Source of the DNA: Octopus vulgaris
Taxonomy: Eukaryota
DNA length: 64,000 nt
Assembly: GCA_951406725.2 (NCBI GenBank)
Contig: OX597817.1
Span: forward strand, 31,558,001 to 31,622,000
Direction: 5' to 3'
This document shows positions 14,950 through 27,598 of the stretch, one piece after another. A program made the translations under genes and the position numbers. Below the pieces are notes generated by a model that saw only the letters and a list, made by a program, of their open reading frames with translations, searched no databases and was not told where the DNA came from. How positions within the stretch are numbered: the stretch's first letter is position 1; the number at the start of each line of letters is the position of its first letter.

Positions 14950-15513
14950 AAAAATCTTTTGGGTAAGGGGCGACGCCATCGTTTTTTTGCATGCGTGAAA
15001 ATTTTCACGCTTTTAGGCCGCGCAAGATCCCCAGTGTTGTGCCTAGAGTACAGACTTGTAGTGTGCGCTCGTCGGATTTTCGTTTTCACGCAAGATGTCC
15101 GAACGCAGTAATGATGGCCTTCAAGAAATCTGGATTGTGGTTTGTACAGTCCAGCATGTCCTGAGCGATTTCCATGCAGAGGTCTGAAGCGGTTGTACCA
15201 CTCCTCGAACTGCCCATTGCACCATCCCCAAAGACCCGCTGATGGTTTGAGCTGAAGTACATGAAGTTTTCGGCAAAACATGATGTTATATCTCTGCTCG
15301 GTGCATTCGGTGAAACAAAATTCTAACGAGCGCGCATTACATTTCTGCACTTGCGGCATAACAAACAGCAGGGGATTGACTGGTTCTACCAGCGCGAAAA
15401 TTTTCAGGCATGCGCAGAAAGGGTGCCGTCACCTCCCATCCAAAGGATTTTGTCCACGAGACATTAGTTTTGGCGGGAAAAACAAAGTCGGATACTTTTT
15501 TTAACGCATCTCG
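14950..15513 (-). mobile_element. Internally deleted mariner element with long inverted ends
   Basis: Right end ta|cgagatgcgttaaaaaaagtatccgac (minus); 14950-15010 is inverted to 15391-15452; translation TEQRYNIMFCRKL...EEWYNRF resembles the mariner N-terminal HTH. Confidence 0.8.
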
Positions 15514-15820
15514 TATGTGGGACAGGGATAATTCAAATACTCTGTTCTGGAGACAAAGTTCTGAAAGCAAAGTAATGAAAATACGCAAGACTATATAAAG
15601 CAGTCTGTAAATATTCAGTATTGGTGCCGAGTTCCATTGATAGAGGCTGTTTCTTAGAAATTACAAAGTAATAGAAGACCAAGGGGAAAATGCTTATCCT
15701 TGTATTTTCCACAAGTTATCACACCGATTAGAAATTACTCGTATAAAAATCAGTTTATCGCTCAAGTCATTTCATATGAAAGTAATTAGCTGAAAAGAAC
15801 AAATAGAACTGTAATATACC

Positions 15821-16051
15821 TATTTCTTTACTACCCACAAGGGGCTAAACACAGAGAAGACAAACAAGGACAGACAAACGGATTAAGTCGATTACATCGA
15901 CCCCAGTGCGTAACTGGTACTTAATTTATCGACCCCGAAAGGATGAAAGGCAAAGTCGACCTCGGCGGAATTTGAACTCAGAACGTAAAGATAGACGAAA
16001 TACCGTTATGCATTTCGCCCGGCGTGCTAACGTTTCTGCCAGCTCGCCTTT
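15821..16051 (-). mobile_element. tRNA-derived SINE family B with 21-bp flanking direct repeat
   Basis: A/B boxes tggcagaaacgttag and gagttcaaattcc; central gtcgactttgcctttcatcctttcggggtcgataaa (resembles the Meta-SINE domain as I recall it); caaatagaactgtaatatacc at 15800-15820 and 16052-16072. Confidence 0.9.
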
Positions 16052-16657
16052 CAAATAGAACTGTAATATACCGTGAGTTTTTAGCCAACGTCATACCCAG
16101 TGGACTACCCGATTCATAAATAATTTTAGTTAAAAATTTCTGTACTGTTCCCTCTACCACCGAAACAAGTTGATGATTCTGCCAAACGCAGTTATAATTT
16201 TACTGCAATGAGGAGCCAGCACTGTCGTGTCGAGACCATTCGCTAGTAAAGGAGACGAGATATTTCAGAGCAAAGATTAGTACTCTTAAAACACACACAC
16301 ATGCACGTTCAAACTTTCTATTTCTGTTCAGCAACCTATCCTTTCATAAACAATTTACTTAAGAGTATTTATGTACAAATATATCATCAAACATTTGACG
16401 TATGTGTAGATAGATAGATATGTGTGTGTATCATGTAACTCTCTCTCTTTCACTCTCTCTGTAAACACACACACACACACACACACATATATGTATTATG
16501 TATGTATATATATATATATATAAACATCGACTGATTTACCTGTAGTCAATTAGAAAACTTTTTAAAAAATACCCTCATCATTTTGGGACTTGGTTTAACA
16601 AATATATATATTTTTTTAAATTCCATTTAATAGTGTGTGTGTGTGTGTGTGTGTATG

Positions 16658-16689
<32 letters not shown>

Positions 16690-17391
16690 CGTGCGTGCGT
16701 GAACTTCGAGAAAACCCGGAAGGAAGACAAAAATTCTTTCTCTTTGAAAAAAGTTTAGCTATATATGTTCTGCATTGAATTACACAGAGATCCCTCATCA
16801 CTTTCACTATCAGAAATACCAGTGAACCAGTTATTGGTTCGTTGGAAACATACAGTCAACGACGCTATAGTTAAACAATTGCGATACATACACGTGCGCG
16901 CGTGTGTGTATAATACACACACACACACATGAACCCCCAATAATTCCCTTATTATATGACTGTATCATTTACTTCTTACGCTAACGCTAAGATCTCCCAT
17001 TTATGAAATGTGTGCGAGTGGTGGATGGATAAGATTGTATGTCAGCACGTGACGTTAATTCTAAATTATTTTGTTGAAGAGTCAGCTATAAACAATTATC
17101 TGGTTATATTACAAATAGCGGTGTATCTCTGTATCTTTCTATGCCTGCCCGCCTGCCTTACTGCCTGTCTGTCTCCACATCTCCTCTCCCTTCCTTTCTC
17201 TTTCTCTCAGCATCTCATTGTGTACAATTACATTCATTTCATGTTTACCGCAAACAAATTATATTTGTGAAAATAACGCGAGAGGGGAGTTGGAGTTTTC
17301 CTTAATAACTCTTCTAGAAATTCGTCAACACGCACACGTGTGTTGAATCTTTTTATGAATTTTCTGATGGGTGTACACATACACACGTGTG

Positions 17392-17808
17392 GGATCTTTT
17401 CGGTTTGAACGGCAGTTTTTGACATAATTTCTAGGTAACTAAAAAATTTTAAACTTCGTATACCGGTAGAATGTGTTTATAAAACATCTTTTTCTCTTGG
17501 CTTTATTGAGAAAATATCTATGGTTTGTAAGATATTTGTTGTTTTTTTCTTCAATTTTGTTGTTTTTCTTCTTCAATTTCTGCAATTTCAACCAATCACT
17601 GACGTCCATTGAGGTAAATAACATTCTGTGCCGTATGAATATGTTCCTTGTTTAAGAAACAGATTGGGTTTATTTACATTTGTGAAGAAAAAAAAATATA
17701 CCCTTCCCCCAACCCTAACCCTAAAATAGATTGAAATGCAATAAATCGATACTAGGGTCATAATTATGGGTGACAATTTCATATATGCCGTTCAAACCGA
17801 AAAGATCC
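17392..17808. mobile_element. MITE with GGATC termini and 8-bp TSD (Merlin-like)
   Basis: Perfect 23-bp TIR ggatcttttcggtttgaacggca; TSD cacgtgtg (17384-17391, 17809-17816); internal aaccctaaccctaa. Superfamily assignment is inferred. Confidence 0.85.
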
Positions 17809-18244
17809 CACGTGTGGGAAAATTCGTAAATTGTTTTTTGTTTATCTTAATGCTTCTGGAGCAGTTGACAATCGAATTGCACAGCGCATGACTAGATACA
17901 CTGATGTGTCTTAAAATTCGAACAAAATAATAATTTCTTGTATATAAAGAAGAGATCAATCCTAACATTTCGAAGCTAACACAAATGAAGGGAATTTTTT
18001 TAGCTAATTCTCAACCACCGACATTTAGAGTAAATTAAAGTTATATAATGAGGGTCAGCAATCCATGAAATGTTTGCCAATATTTATTAATCATAACGAT
18101 TACTTCTAGAAAATTTTGTTTATAGTGTGTCACTTTCAGCTGATATCAGTTTGTTTGGTGGCAATGGAAGACATTTTTAAATTCTATTTTTGAAGCTGTA
18201 TTATAGCTTGTTTGCAAATAGTCCTCTTCTACGTTGCTGCTGTG

Positions 18245-18323
18245 GTTCCAAGATGCCACGCAGTGGGACTGAACCCGGAACCATGTGGTTGGTAAGCAAG
18301 CTACTTACCACACAGCCACTCCT
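18245..18323 (-). mobile_element. SINE family A head fragment
   Basis: Near-identical to the head of the copy at 50898. Confidence 0.85.
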
Positions 18324-20744
18324 AGTGACTAAGATCAAATAGTTTGCGATTTTTTGGTTGATGGTCTCATTAATCACATTTGTATTAATAAGATGGGGGG
18401 GGGTATTTGTCTTCGTTTTTTAGTGAGTGGAGGCACCACTAGAATGTAAAATAATAAAAATTTTCTTTGAGTTAAGATACGAGAAAAACGAAAATAATTT
18501 ACTGTTTAGACAATTCGTACGAGAGCTTTCTTTAAAGTTTCGGAAACACTTTTTCTTTGCGTCTTTGCGTATACGTCCAAATACTCAATATCCTTTGCCC
18601 ATAGCCTCTTCTATACTTTCTTTGGAAATAATTCGTTTCATCCATTTCCATGTTCACCTGTACCTCAATTACACTAAATTCAATAAGAATGCACAACTCT
18701 GATTAGCAGATACAAATCTGCAACTGGTTTGGTTTTATTAAATTTTTTATTAAACAGTTTCCACAAAATTACTATCAGAAATTCTAAAATATAGTCACAT
18801 CAAGCAACAACCTCTATAATAGTAAGCAACTTTTAAAAAAAAAGGGAAAGAAAACGTTTAAACAGCTTTGACATTGCCAACGAGATTCAATTTGCAACCA
18901 ATATTTGTAAGATATTTCATTTTTTAATAACCCTTTCCCCGTTAACTACACCTGTGTGTGCGAAATATCGAAGATCCCTTCACAAACTATACTGTAGGTT
19001 AATGCTTCACTATTCAATATGTATATCAACTCAGTAGATTTGATACTTATAAGAAACATATGCAATAATGACAAATTCCAGTCATTAAAGGTACTATTTC
19101 TCAGTACTAGTTGTCTTAGTTAAAATGAAAGTGAAACTGGAAAGTTTCTAGGTCAGATGTAAACGACTTTTTGTATGCTACTATATACAGCAATATCTCC
19201 CAGATACATATTCCATCTTAATAACTAAACATCGATATTGTTATTTTGTAATTCTAAAACAATATCATGTAGTCACAACCTCCTATCTTGAATAACAACA
19301 GCAACAAAACCTTAAAATATCCCATATGATATGTCTGTAGCACAACGTCAATAAATTATTTCACAACTTGAGGAATAAACTGATAACAGCTGAAGTGTGA
19401 AAAAATGAAACCGGTGCGTTATAATCAAAGACTGCCCTCCTCTACCACTATACACCACATGACTCGCTGGACTCGTGGAAATTCCAAGTTTTATAACTGC
19501 TTTCATTTCTATTATGATATTATAAATGTTAAGATCTTAATATTGTTTCATTATGTTAAACATATCGATTATGTCTTCGATTTCGTTCCCTAGAAAATGT
19601 TGTTAACAGCGTAATCTATTGATATGAAAGACGGTATAGAATGTTAATTACTTATGATTCCGGCTCTTTGGAAGTATAAAGGTAAAATCGACTTTGGCAG
19701 GATCTGAACAAGAAGACATGTAACTGCTCAGTACCGAGTATTTGGTCCTGCTCGCTACCGACTTTGCCAGCTCTTTAAACTTATAGATGTATACGATAGT
19801 GATCTCTCATAAACGACGAATGTCCACACGTTTGGGAAAAGGGTGCATTCAATTATATCGATCCCCGTATTCAACTGGTATTTAATTAGACAATCCCGAA
19901 AGGATGAAAAGAAAATCGAAACTACCTCCCACCACACACACATTCTCTAGCTCGTATACTTTCTCTTTCACAACACTTTCTTTTACTCTACTTTTCCCTT
20001 CTCTCTTTAACTCTCTCCTCTCTCTTTCACTTTCACTCTCTCGCGTGCTTTCATTATCTCCATCTTGCTTTCGTCTCCTCTGAATTCTCTCTGACTTCAC
20101 CGTCCATTTTCTCACTCTCTCCCTCCCACACGTATGTTAATAGAACTACCTGTTTGATACAAGTGTACATCTTCTATGTGTATATATTTACATGGAAGGA
20201 AGAATATGCGTTTGTAATTTCTAAGAAACAACCTCTATCATTGGAACTCGGCACCAATACTGAATATTTACAGACTGTTTTATAAAGTCTTGCATATTTT
20301 CATTACATTGCTTTCAGAACTCATGAAAGAGAGTCACTTGTCCTAAAAAGTCAGCTTTTCGAGATTTTTACATTTTCGTTAATTTTTTAATTAACCGCTT
20401 ATGAAATACATAACCTTTTTCACAACTACCTGAGGCCTGTTTCGTTTGCATTTGATTGAAGTTATGATGGAAATATCCCATCAGTGGTATTATATATAGT
20501 GGTATTGTATAGTGTCGTAGCCCATTGGAAGGTAGTAGGTCAATGTCATTTTGATGAAGATGCTGATCTCGTGTGTTATGTCCCCTACAGATATGGACAC
20601 AAACGATATTTTCGATGCAAACCCCTAACCATCGAAACGTGAAGTGATGTAGGGGTCATAAGTTTAAAATAAAGCTACATTTTAAACTTTATTCTAAAGT
20701 TTCCATAAGCATGCATAACCTTCTTGGTTAACGTTGTATTCCTT

Positions 20745-20925
20745 CACTAGATCTCGGTTGAGATACGTTTAGGAACTGTAGCGTAGCGGTTCAGCAAAAG
20801 AAACGATAGAACAAGTATCAAACTTTAAAAACAACAAGTACTAGAGTCGATTTGCGCCACAAAAATTCACCAAGGTGGTGATCTAGCATGACCACAGTCC
20901 AATGATTGAATCAAATAAACGATAT
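20745..20925 (+). mobile_element. SINE family A 3' half, diverged
   Basis: tagcggttcagcaaaagaaacgatagaa...ggtggtgatctagcatgaccacagtccaatgattgaa. Confidence 0.65.
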
Positions 20926-21299
20926 AGATAATCAGATAATCAGCATTTATTTATGCACAATACAGAAGAATTTAAAACAGAAGAATTTAAATTTCACGAT
21001 GCTTCACTGTGGGAAGTCTCCTGACGGACCATTTCAGGTTTGTTGAGCACTCCTCAGACTTGATGTACCTAAATCATATATCTTTTGAATTGGTAAAATT
21101 AAGCAATCCTTATTTTTCTTACTACAGATTTACCCACAAAAGCTGCTACTACATTCACAGTTCGCTCCTGATATTCAAAAATGATCATCCACTCCTGTTC
21201 TGCGTCGTTGATTGACCTTCTAGAACAACAAACTGAATTCCCTCATCCTAAAAATCATACTGAGACACGTTTAAAAAGGACACAGACGTCAGTCTAGGT

Positions 21300-21656
21300 C
21301 AGTGATTCTCAACGAGGATCCATATAGCACTTGATGGTCCGTCCATATAAGATTTTTTTGGGGGTGGGGGAGTCCACGCAACAAAACAGTAAATAGTCCA
21401 CAACAGTATTTTAAGGGCTCCTGAAAAATTTTGCTTTAGATGTATATAATGGCATGTATTGTAAGAAACTGCTAGGTTTCTCTCTCTAATGCTTAACATA
21501 GTTCAACTTACACGAGTTAATGTGTGAAAAACATAATAGGGATCTTGAAAGAAGTTTCTATAAACTAGTTTTTAAACATCGGATAGCTATGAAGATTCAC
21601 CAGAATAAAAGAGTATTCAAAGGGATTCATAGATAAAAAATGACTGATAATCCCTA
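21300..21656. mobile_element. hAT (Buster/Charlie-type) MITE
   Basis: Left TIR cagtgattctcaac after TSD gtctaggt (21292-21299); right end ga(g/t)aatcccta followed by gtctacgt, with exact gtctaggt after the last copy (22596-22603). Confidence 0.8.
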
Positions 21657-22440
21657 GTCTACGTCTTATACAAATAGGGATCTTGAAAGAAGTTTCTATA
21701 AACTAGTTTTTAAACATCGGATAGCTATGAGGATTCACCAGAATAAAAGAGTATTCAAAGGGATCCATAGATAAAAAATGACTGAGAATCCCTAGTCTAT
21801 GTCTTATACAAATAGGGATCTTGAAAGAAGTTTCTATAAACTAGTTTTTAAACATCGGATAGCTATGAGGATTCACCAGAATAAAAGAGTTTTCAAAGGG
21901 ATCCATAGATAAAAAAATGACTGAGAATCCCTAGTCTACGTCTTATACAAATAGGGATCTTGAAAGAAGTTTCTATAAACTAGTTTTTAAACATCGGATA
22001 GCTGTGAAGATTCACCAGAATAAAAGAGTTTTCAAAGGGATCCATAGATAAAAAATGACTGAGAATCCCTAGTCTACGTCTTATAGGGATCTTGAAAGAA
22101 GTTTCTATAAACTAGTTTTTAAACATCGGATAGCTGTGAAGATTCACCAGAATAAAAGAGTTTTCAAAGGGATCCATAGATAAAAAATGACTGAGAATCC
22201 CTAGTCTACGTCTTATACAAATAGGGATCTTGAAAGAAGTTTCTATAAACTAGTTTTTAAACATCGGATAGCTGTGAAGATTCACCAGAATAAAAGAGTT
22301 TTCAAAGGGATCCATAGATAAAAAATGACTGAGAATCCCTAGTCTACGTCTTATACAAATAGGGATCTTGAAAGAAGTTTCTATAAACTAGTTCACCAGA
22401 ATAAAAGAGTATTCAAAAGGATCCATAGGTCTTATACAAA
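21535..22440 (+). repeat. 138-bp tandem array, ~6.5 copies, made of the MITE right end, TSD and flank
   Basis: Unit starts (aatagggatcttgaaag) at 21535, 21673, 21811, 21950, ~22082, 22220 and 22358 (last copy deleted). Confidence 0.95.
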
Positions 22441-22961
22441 TATGACATATTTTTACCTTTTCGTTAATTTTTAATTAACCGTTTTATGTAATACATAACC
22501 TTTCTTACAACTACCTGAGGCCTGTTTCGTTTGCATTTGATTGAAGTTATGATGAAAATATCCCATTCAGTGGTAAATATGACTGAGAATTCCTAGTCTA
22601 GGTCTTATACAGATATGACAAGAGGATCATGGCTAAAATGCCTTCGGTTCATCGGTCAACTCAACCAGGACTAAACAACATCTGTTGAATTTAAGAAATG
22701 GCAGTCGTTGACGTAAATTTAAATACATCTCTTCCATGCACTTGTAAAACAAACTACTCACAACTGCTGCTAAACTGGAATTAGTCCTTTTAATGAAAAC
22801 ACATGCACACATTCATTCAATAATATTGCTTTCATTCTAAGCTCTCCCCTTTCCATGCCTAGTTTTCAAATATTTAAGAGTTGTGTCCCTTACACAAGCT
22901 GTCAGATTATATTGATAGAGCCCATTGTCAAAAGTTCCGGTAGTAGCTAGATATATATATG

Positions 22962-23200
22962 TAGGTTGGTGGAGCTGGCAGAATCGTTAGCACGTCGGAC
23001 GAAATGCTTAGCGGTATTTCGTCTGCCGTTACGTTCTGAGTTCAAATTCCGCCAAGGTCGACTTTACCTTTCATCCTTTCGGGGTCGATTAAATAAGTAC
23101 CAGTTACGCACTGGGGTCGATATAATCGACTTAATCCCTTTGTCTGCCCTTGTTTGTCCACTCTGTGTTTAGCCCCTTGTAGACAGTAAAGAAATAGATA
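22962..23200 (+). mobile_element. SINE family B
   Basis: Full-length match to other B copies. Confidence 0.9.
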
Positions 23201-23532
23201 TTCAGTGATTTGGTTAAATGCCAAATTCAAATACAGCACTAAACTCGACATGACATAAAGAGACAGAAAAAATTATAGACAAACTTTGTAAGGTTTAAAG
23301 AGTATATACGCTGATGGGAATAGGATTTAGGATGCTAAAGTGAAACCAAGGTTACGAAGGAGGGATTGTCTGGACGCTATTAATTTCTCCCCACAACCCA
23401 CATGAGCTAAAGTATAGAACACTCACCCCATTTCCATTACAGGGTGTATTTTTTAAAAGTAAGACTATTAAAGCAAACAAGATGCCTTAAGTTCACAATC
23501 ACTGGGATATATTGCGTTACGCTGTCAATAAT

Positions 23533-23766
23533 TGTTTCTTTATTACCCACAAGGGGCTAAACATAGATGGGGACAAACAAGGACAGACAAACGGATTAAG
23601 TCGATTACATCGACCCCAGTGCGTAATTGATACTTAATTTATCGACCCCGAAAGGATGAAAGGCAAAATCGACCTCGGCGGAATTTGAACTCAGAACGTA
23701 GAGGCAGACGAAATACGGCTACGCGTTTCGCCTGACGTGCTAACGGTTCTGCCAGCTCGCCGCCTT
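23533..23766 (-). mobile_element. SINE family B with ~17-bp TSD
   Basis: gttac(g/a)ctgtcaataat on both sides. Confidence 0.9.
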
Positions 23767-23845
23767 TGTTACACTGTCAATAATGTCACAGTGACTGGCC
23801 ACTCATAACGCACGCATGCCGTGTGTGTGTGTGTGTGTGTGTGTA

Positions 23846-24082
23846 AGTAAGGCGAGCTGACAGAGTCGTTAGCACGCCGGACGAAATACTTAGCGGTGTT
23901 TCGCCCGTCGCAACATTCTAGGTTCAAATTCTGCTGACGTCGACTTTGGCTTTCATCCATTCGGAGCTGATAAAATTAAGTACCAGTGAAACACTGGGGT
24001 CGATGTAATCGACTAGACCCCACCCCACCCCCAAGATTTCAGACCTTGTGTCTATAGTAGAAAAGATTATTATTATTATTAT
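23846..24082 (+). mobile_element. SINE family B variant, (TTA)n tail
   Basis: Same head and core as B, different 3' end (tttcagaccttgtgtctatagtagaaaagattatt). Confidence 0.85.
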
Positions 24083-24615
24083 TGAGTGAGAGAGCAGTTC
24101 ATGCCATCAAAGTGACACTGGGGTAAAATATACGAAGCCCAATATACCCATCATGACTACCCGTCTGATAAAGGTACACCAGGCACATGCATCACAACCA
24201 TATGTGCGCGACATGGTGATCTCATATCAAGATAAACAGCACATGACCTTGCAGGTGGGGCCCAGTTAGAATTTTCTTCATTAAACGGTCCCTGAATAAG
24301 GGTTGCTTAAGGATGTTGAAAGAACCACCCATGTTTCCAGAGGTGAACTATTCAAACCCCAAGAATCCCTCTCAACACATGGCTATGATGCTCCCCACTA
24401 CTTCTGCTCGTGATCAGAGATGCACATATCGTCAGCCACGAAGGGACATGCTCAACTGGTTAAGGTCAAACAACTGACAAGCAAATCTGTGGTATTGAGC
24501 AGAATATTTGCTGTAGCCCATCTTTTATACCAAGACAAAACAATGTACATGATAACACTTCCAATCAGTTAAGATCAGAAGCCATGAGAGCCACTGTCTG
24601 GTACTGCATCAGGGC

Positions 24616-24618
<3 letters not shown>
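24083..24618 (-). mobile_element. Non-coding interspersed element inserted in a (TAA)n tract, possibly Dong/R4-related
   Basis: Unique-looking 535-bp block with (TTA)n on both sides; no TIRs and no ORF. Dong LINEs are known to target (TAA)n. Family and strand are inferred. Confidence 0.5.
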
Positions 24619-24666
<48 letters not shown>

Positions 24667-24669
<3 letters not shown>

Positions 24670-24870
24670 GTTGACAGAATCGTTAGCACGCCGGGTAAAA
24701 TGCTTAGCAGCTTTTCGTCCGTCTTTATGTTCTGAGTTCAAATTCCACAGAAGATGACTTTGCCTTTCATCCTTTTGGAGTCGATAAATTCAATGTAGTC
24801 AATGTAATCGACTAGTCCCCTTGCCCAAATTTCAGGCCTTGTACCTACAGTAGGAAAGATTAGTATTATT
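24667..24870 (+). mobile_element. SINE family B variant
   Basis: Similar to 23846-24082. Confidence 0.8.
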
Positions 24871-24877
24871 GTGTATG

Positions 24878-25109
24878 AAGGCGGCGAGCTGGCAGAAACG
24901 TTAGCACGCCGGGCGAACTGTTCGCAGTATTTTGTCTGCCGTACGTTCTGAGTTCAAATTCCGCCGAGGTCGACTTTGCCTTTCATCCTTTCGGGGTCGA
25001 TAAATTAAGTACCAGTTACGCACTGGGGTCGATATAATCGACTTAATCCGTTTGTCTGTCCTTGTTTGTCCCCCTCTGTGTTTAGCCCCTTGTAGGTAGT
25101 AAAGAAATA
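24878..25109 (+). mobile_element. SINE family B with 13-bp TSD-like repeat agtattattgtgt
   Basis: Full-length copy; direct repeat at 24862-24874 and 25110-25122. Confidence 0.9.
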
Positions 25110-25897
25110 AGTATTATTGTGTGTGTAATTATGCGCTTTGTAGTTTTGCTGATCGTAACAATTTTACTACTACAGATGTCGAAATCTGTACCTGACACAA
25201 AGCCACATGTTTTCGAGCTGGTTTCAATTTCAGGTTGAAACAAAAATTCAATTAACACCTACCGTGCGTTTTCTTTTTTCCTTTTTTAATTTCTTTTTTT
25301 TTTTTTTTTAAATCAATCAGGATGCAATTGTAAAGAAATTATAAGGATATTTACACTTTGGGGAAGATTTACTAAATTATTTACTTTGCTGCCGAAATTA
25401 GCAAAATGTTTGAGAAGCAAATAAACAGAAAAAGAGGCGCTGTTAGGATGTGCTGTTTTTTATTTTCGCTACCTACATTCTCCTGCTGAAAAATTTGTCT
25501 TGTTCTCGTTCTCCACCCCCCGTTGCACGACTACTGTTACACTTATTTTTTCATCTCTTTCCCTCGTGCTCCCCCATTCTTTTGGCAGCTGTTGATTTTA
25601 CATTAATTGACAGTTCATAACACAGATCACCTCTCATCATTTGGATAATCATTAAAAAAAAAAAAAAAAGTAGTTCAGTCATTGAGTTTTGATTTAAAAT
25701 TATACACCTACTACTGGATTTGACTATAATCTGTGTATCTCGATAATGGTAATTTGTAAAATTAACCGCTGATATTTAGAATTGAATTAATGAAAAATTC
25801 TTTTTTTTTTCTCCTGTTTATGGGAGGGCGTTTATACTAAGTTACGTAAAGCAGTAGCATCTGTTCCCATACATTCCTGTATCCAATCATTCCTTAT

Positions 25898-26089
25898 CTC
25901 TTTTACTCTTTTACTCTTTTCAGTCATTTGACTGCGGCCATGCTGGAGCACCGCCTTTAGTCGAGCAAATCGACCCCGGGACTTATTGTTTGTAAGCCCA
26001 GTACTTATTCTATCGGTCTCTTTTGCCGAACCGCTAAGTGACGGGGACGTAAACACACCAGCATCGGTTGTCAAGCAATGCTAGGGGGA

Positions 26090-26137
<48 letters not shown>

Positions 26138-26307
26138 CATATATACGACGGGCTTCTTTCAGTTTCTGTCTACCAAATCCACTCACAAGGCATTGGTCGG
26201 CCCGGGGCTATAGCAGAAGACACTTGCCCAAGATGCCACGCAGTGGATTGAACCCGGAACCATGTGGTTGGTTAGCAAGCTACTTACCACATAGCCACTC
26301 CTGCGCC
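25898..26307 (-). mobile_element. SINE family A, full length
   Basis: Reverse complement of 3515-3920. Confidence 0.9.
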
Positions 26308-26459
26308 TATCTAATTACATATTTTTATCAGTCGATTTATTTATCTATCTAGCTACTTATTTAGTCATGATGTAGTGGATATTTATTTGTTCAGTTCATA
26401 ATATCTATGGTTCTGCTGCTCACATAGTCTTCAAAGTGGTATATATATAGTGTTTTGTT

Positions 26460-26568
26460 TGTCCCACTGCGTGGCACCTTGGGCAAGTGTCTTCTACTAT
26501 AGCCTCGGGTCGACCAAAGCCTTGTGAGTGGATTTGGTAAACTGAAAGAAGCCTGTTGTAACATATAA

Positions 26569-26605
<37 letters not shown>

Positions 26606-26808
26606 TGTGTGTCTGTATTTGCCCCCCCCCCCCCCCACATCGTTTGACAACCGATGCTAGTGTGTTTACGTCCCCGTGAGTTTACGTCCCCGTGACTTAG
26701 CGGTTCGACAAAAGAGACCGATAGAATAAGTACTAGGCTTACAAAGAATAAGTCCTGGAGTCGATTTGCTCCAGCATGGCTGCAGTCAAATGACTGAAAC
26801 AAAAGAAT
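26460..26808 (+). mobile_element. SINE family A, 5'-truncated
   Basis: Starts at gtcccactgcgtggcacc; short internal duplication gtttacgtccccgtga. Confidence 0.9.
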
Positions 26809-27188
26809 ATATATATATATATAAATAAACGCTTTTATAAATATAGATTTTTTTCCCACACTTGAGCTAATTTTGATGTTCATTTCATTAGTTCCAATTA
26901 ACTGAGGCATAACCAACATATTCTAAGCAGACTCTTAATTTAATTTAAAGTATCACCTATTATTAGTATGGAAGTTTATTAGTATCGTTAAAGAAACATT
27001 TTTTAAACACTTCGGAAGAACTTCCCAAAAGTCACTTCCTATTGTCAAAAAGACAGAGAAATAATACCTTGACGAAATGGTCATTGGTAGAATGCCTGGA
27101 ATTATGTGTTTGTTCGTTCAGAGCTGACCAGTAATCAAAGACATTCAAATAATTGAAGATATTTTTCTGCCAGTCTCTCCACCTTTCT

Positions 27189-27598
27189 ATTTACTCTTTT
27201 TACTTGTTTCAGTCATATGACTGCGGCCATGCTGAAGCACCGCCTTTAGTCGAGCAAATCGACCCCCAGAACTTATTCTTTGTAAGCCAAGTACTTATTC
27301 TATCGGTCTCTTTTGCCGAACCGCTAAGTTACGGGGACGTAAACACACAAGCATCGGTTGTCAAGCGATGTTGGGGGACAAACACCGACACACAAACATA
27401 TACACACACACACACATACATATTTATATGTATACATATATAAGGCAGTCTTCTTTCAGTTTCCGTCTACGAAATCCACTCACAAGGCTTTGGTCGGCCC
27501 GAGGTTATAGTAGAAGACACTTGCCCAAGGTGCCACGTAGTAAGACTGAACCTGGAACCACGTGGTTGGTAAGCAAGCTACATACCACACAGCCACTT
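27189..27598 (-). mobile_element. SINE family A, near full length
   Basis: Homology to other A copies. Confidence 0.9.

Noticed and set aside
17709-17724. Telomere remnant (aaccctaaccctaa)
   Set aside because: Only two units, and internal to a MITE.
24560-24618. HDV-like ribozyme at the end of the (TAA)n-inserted element
   Set aside because: A partial P1-like pairing exists, but P1.1, P3 and the catalytic strand could not be assigned.
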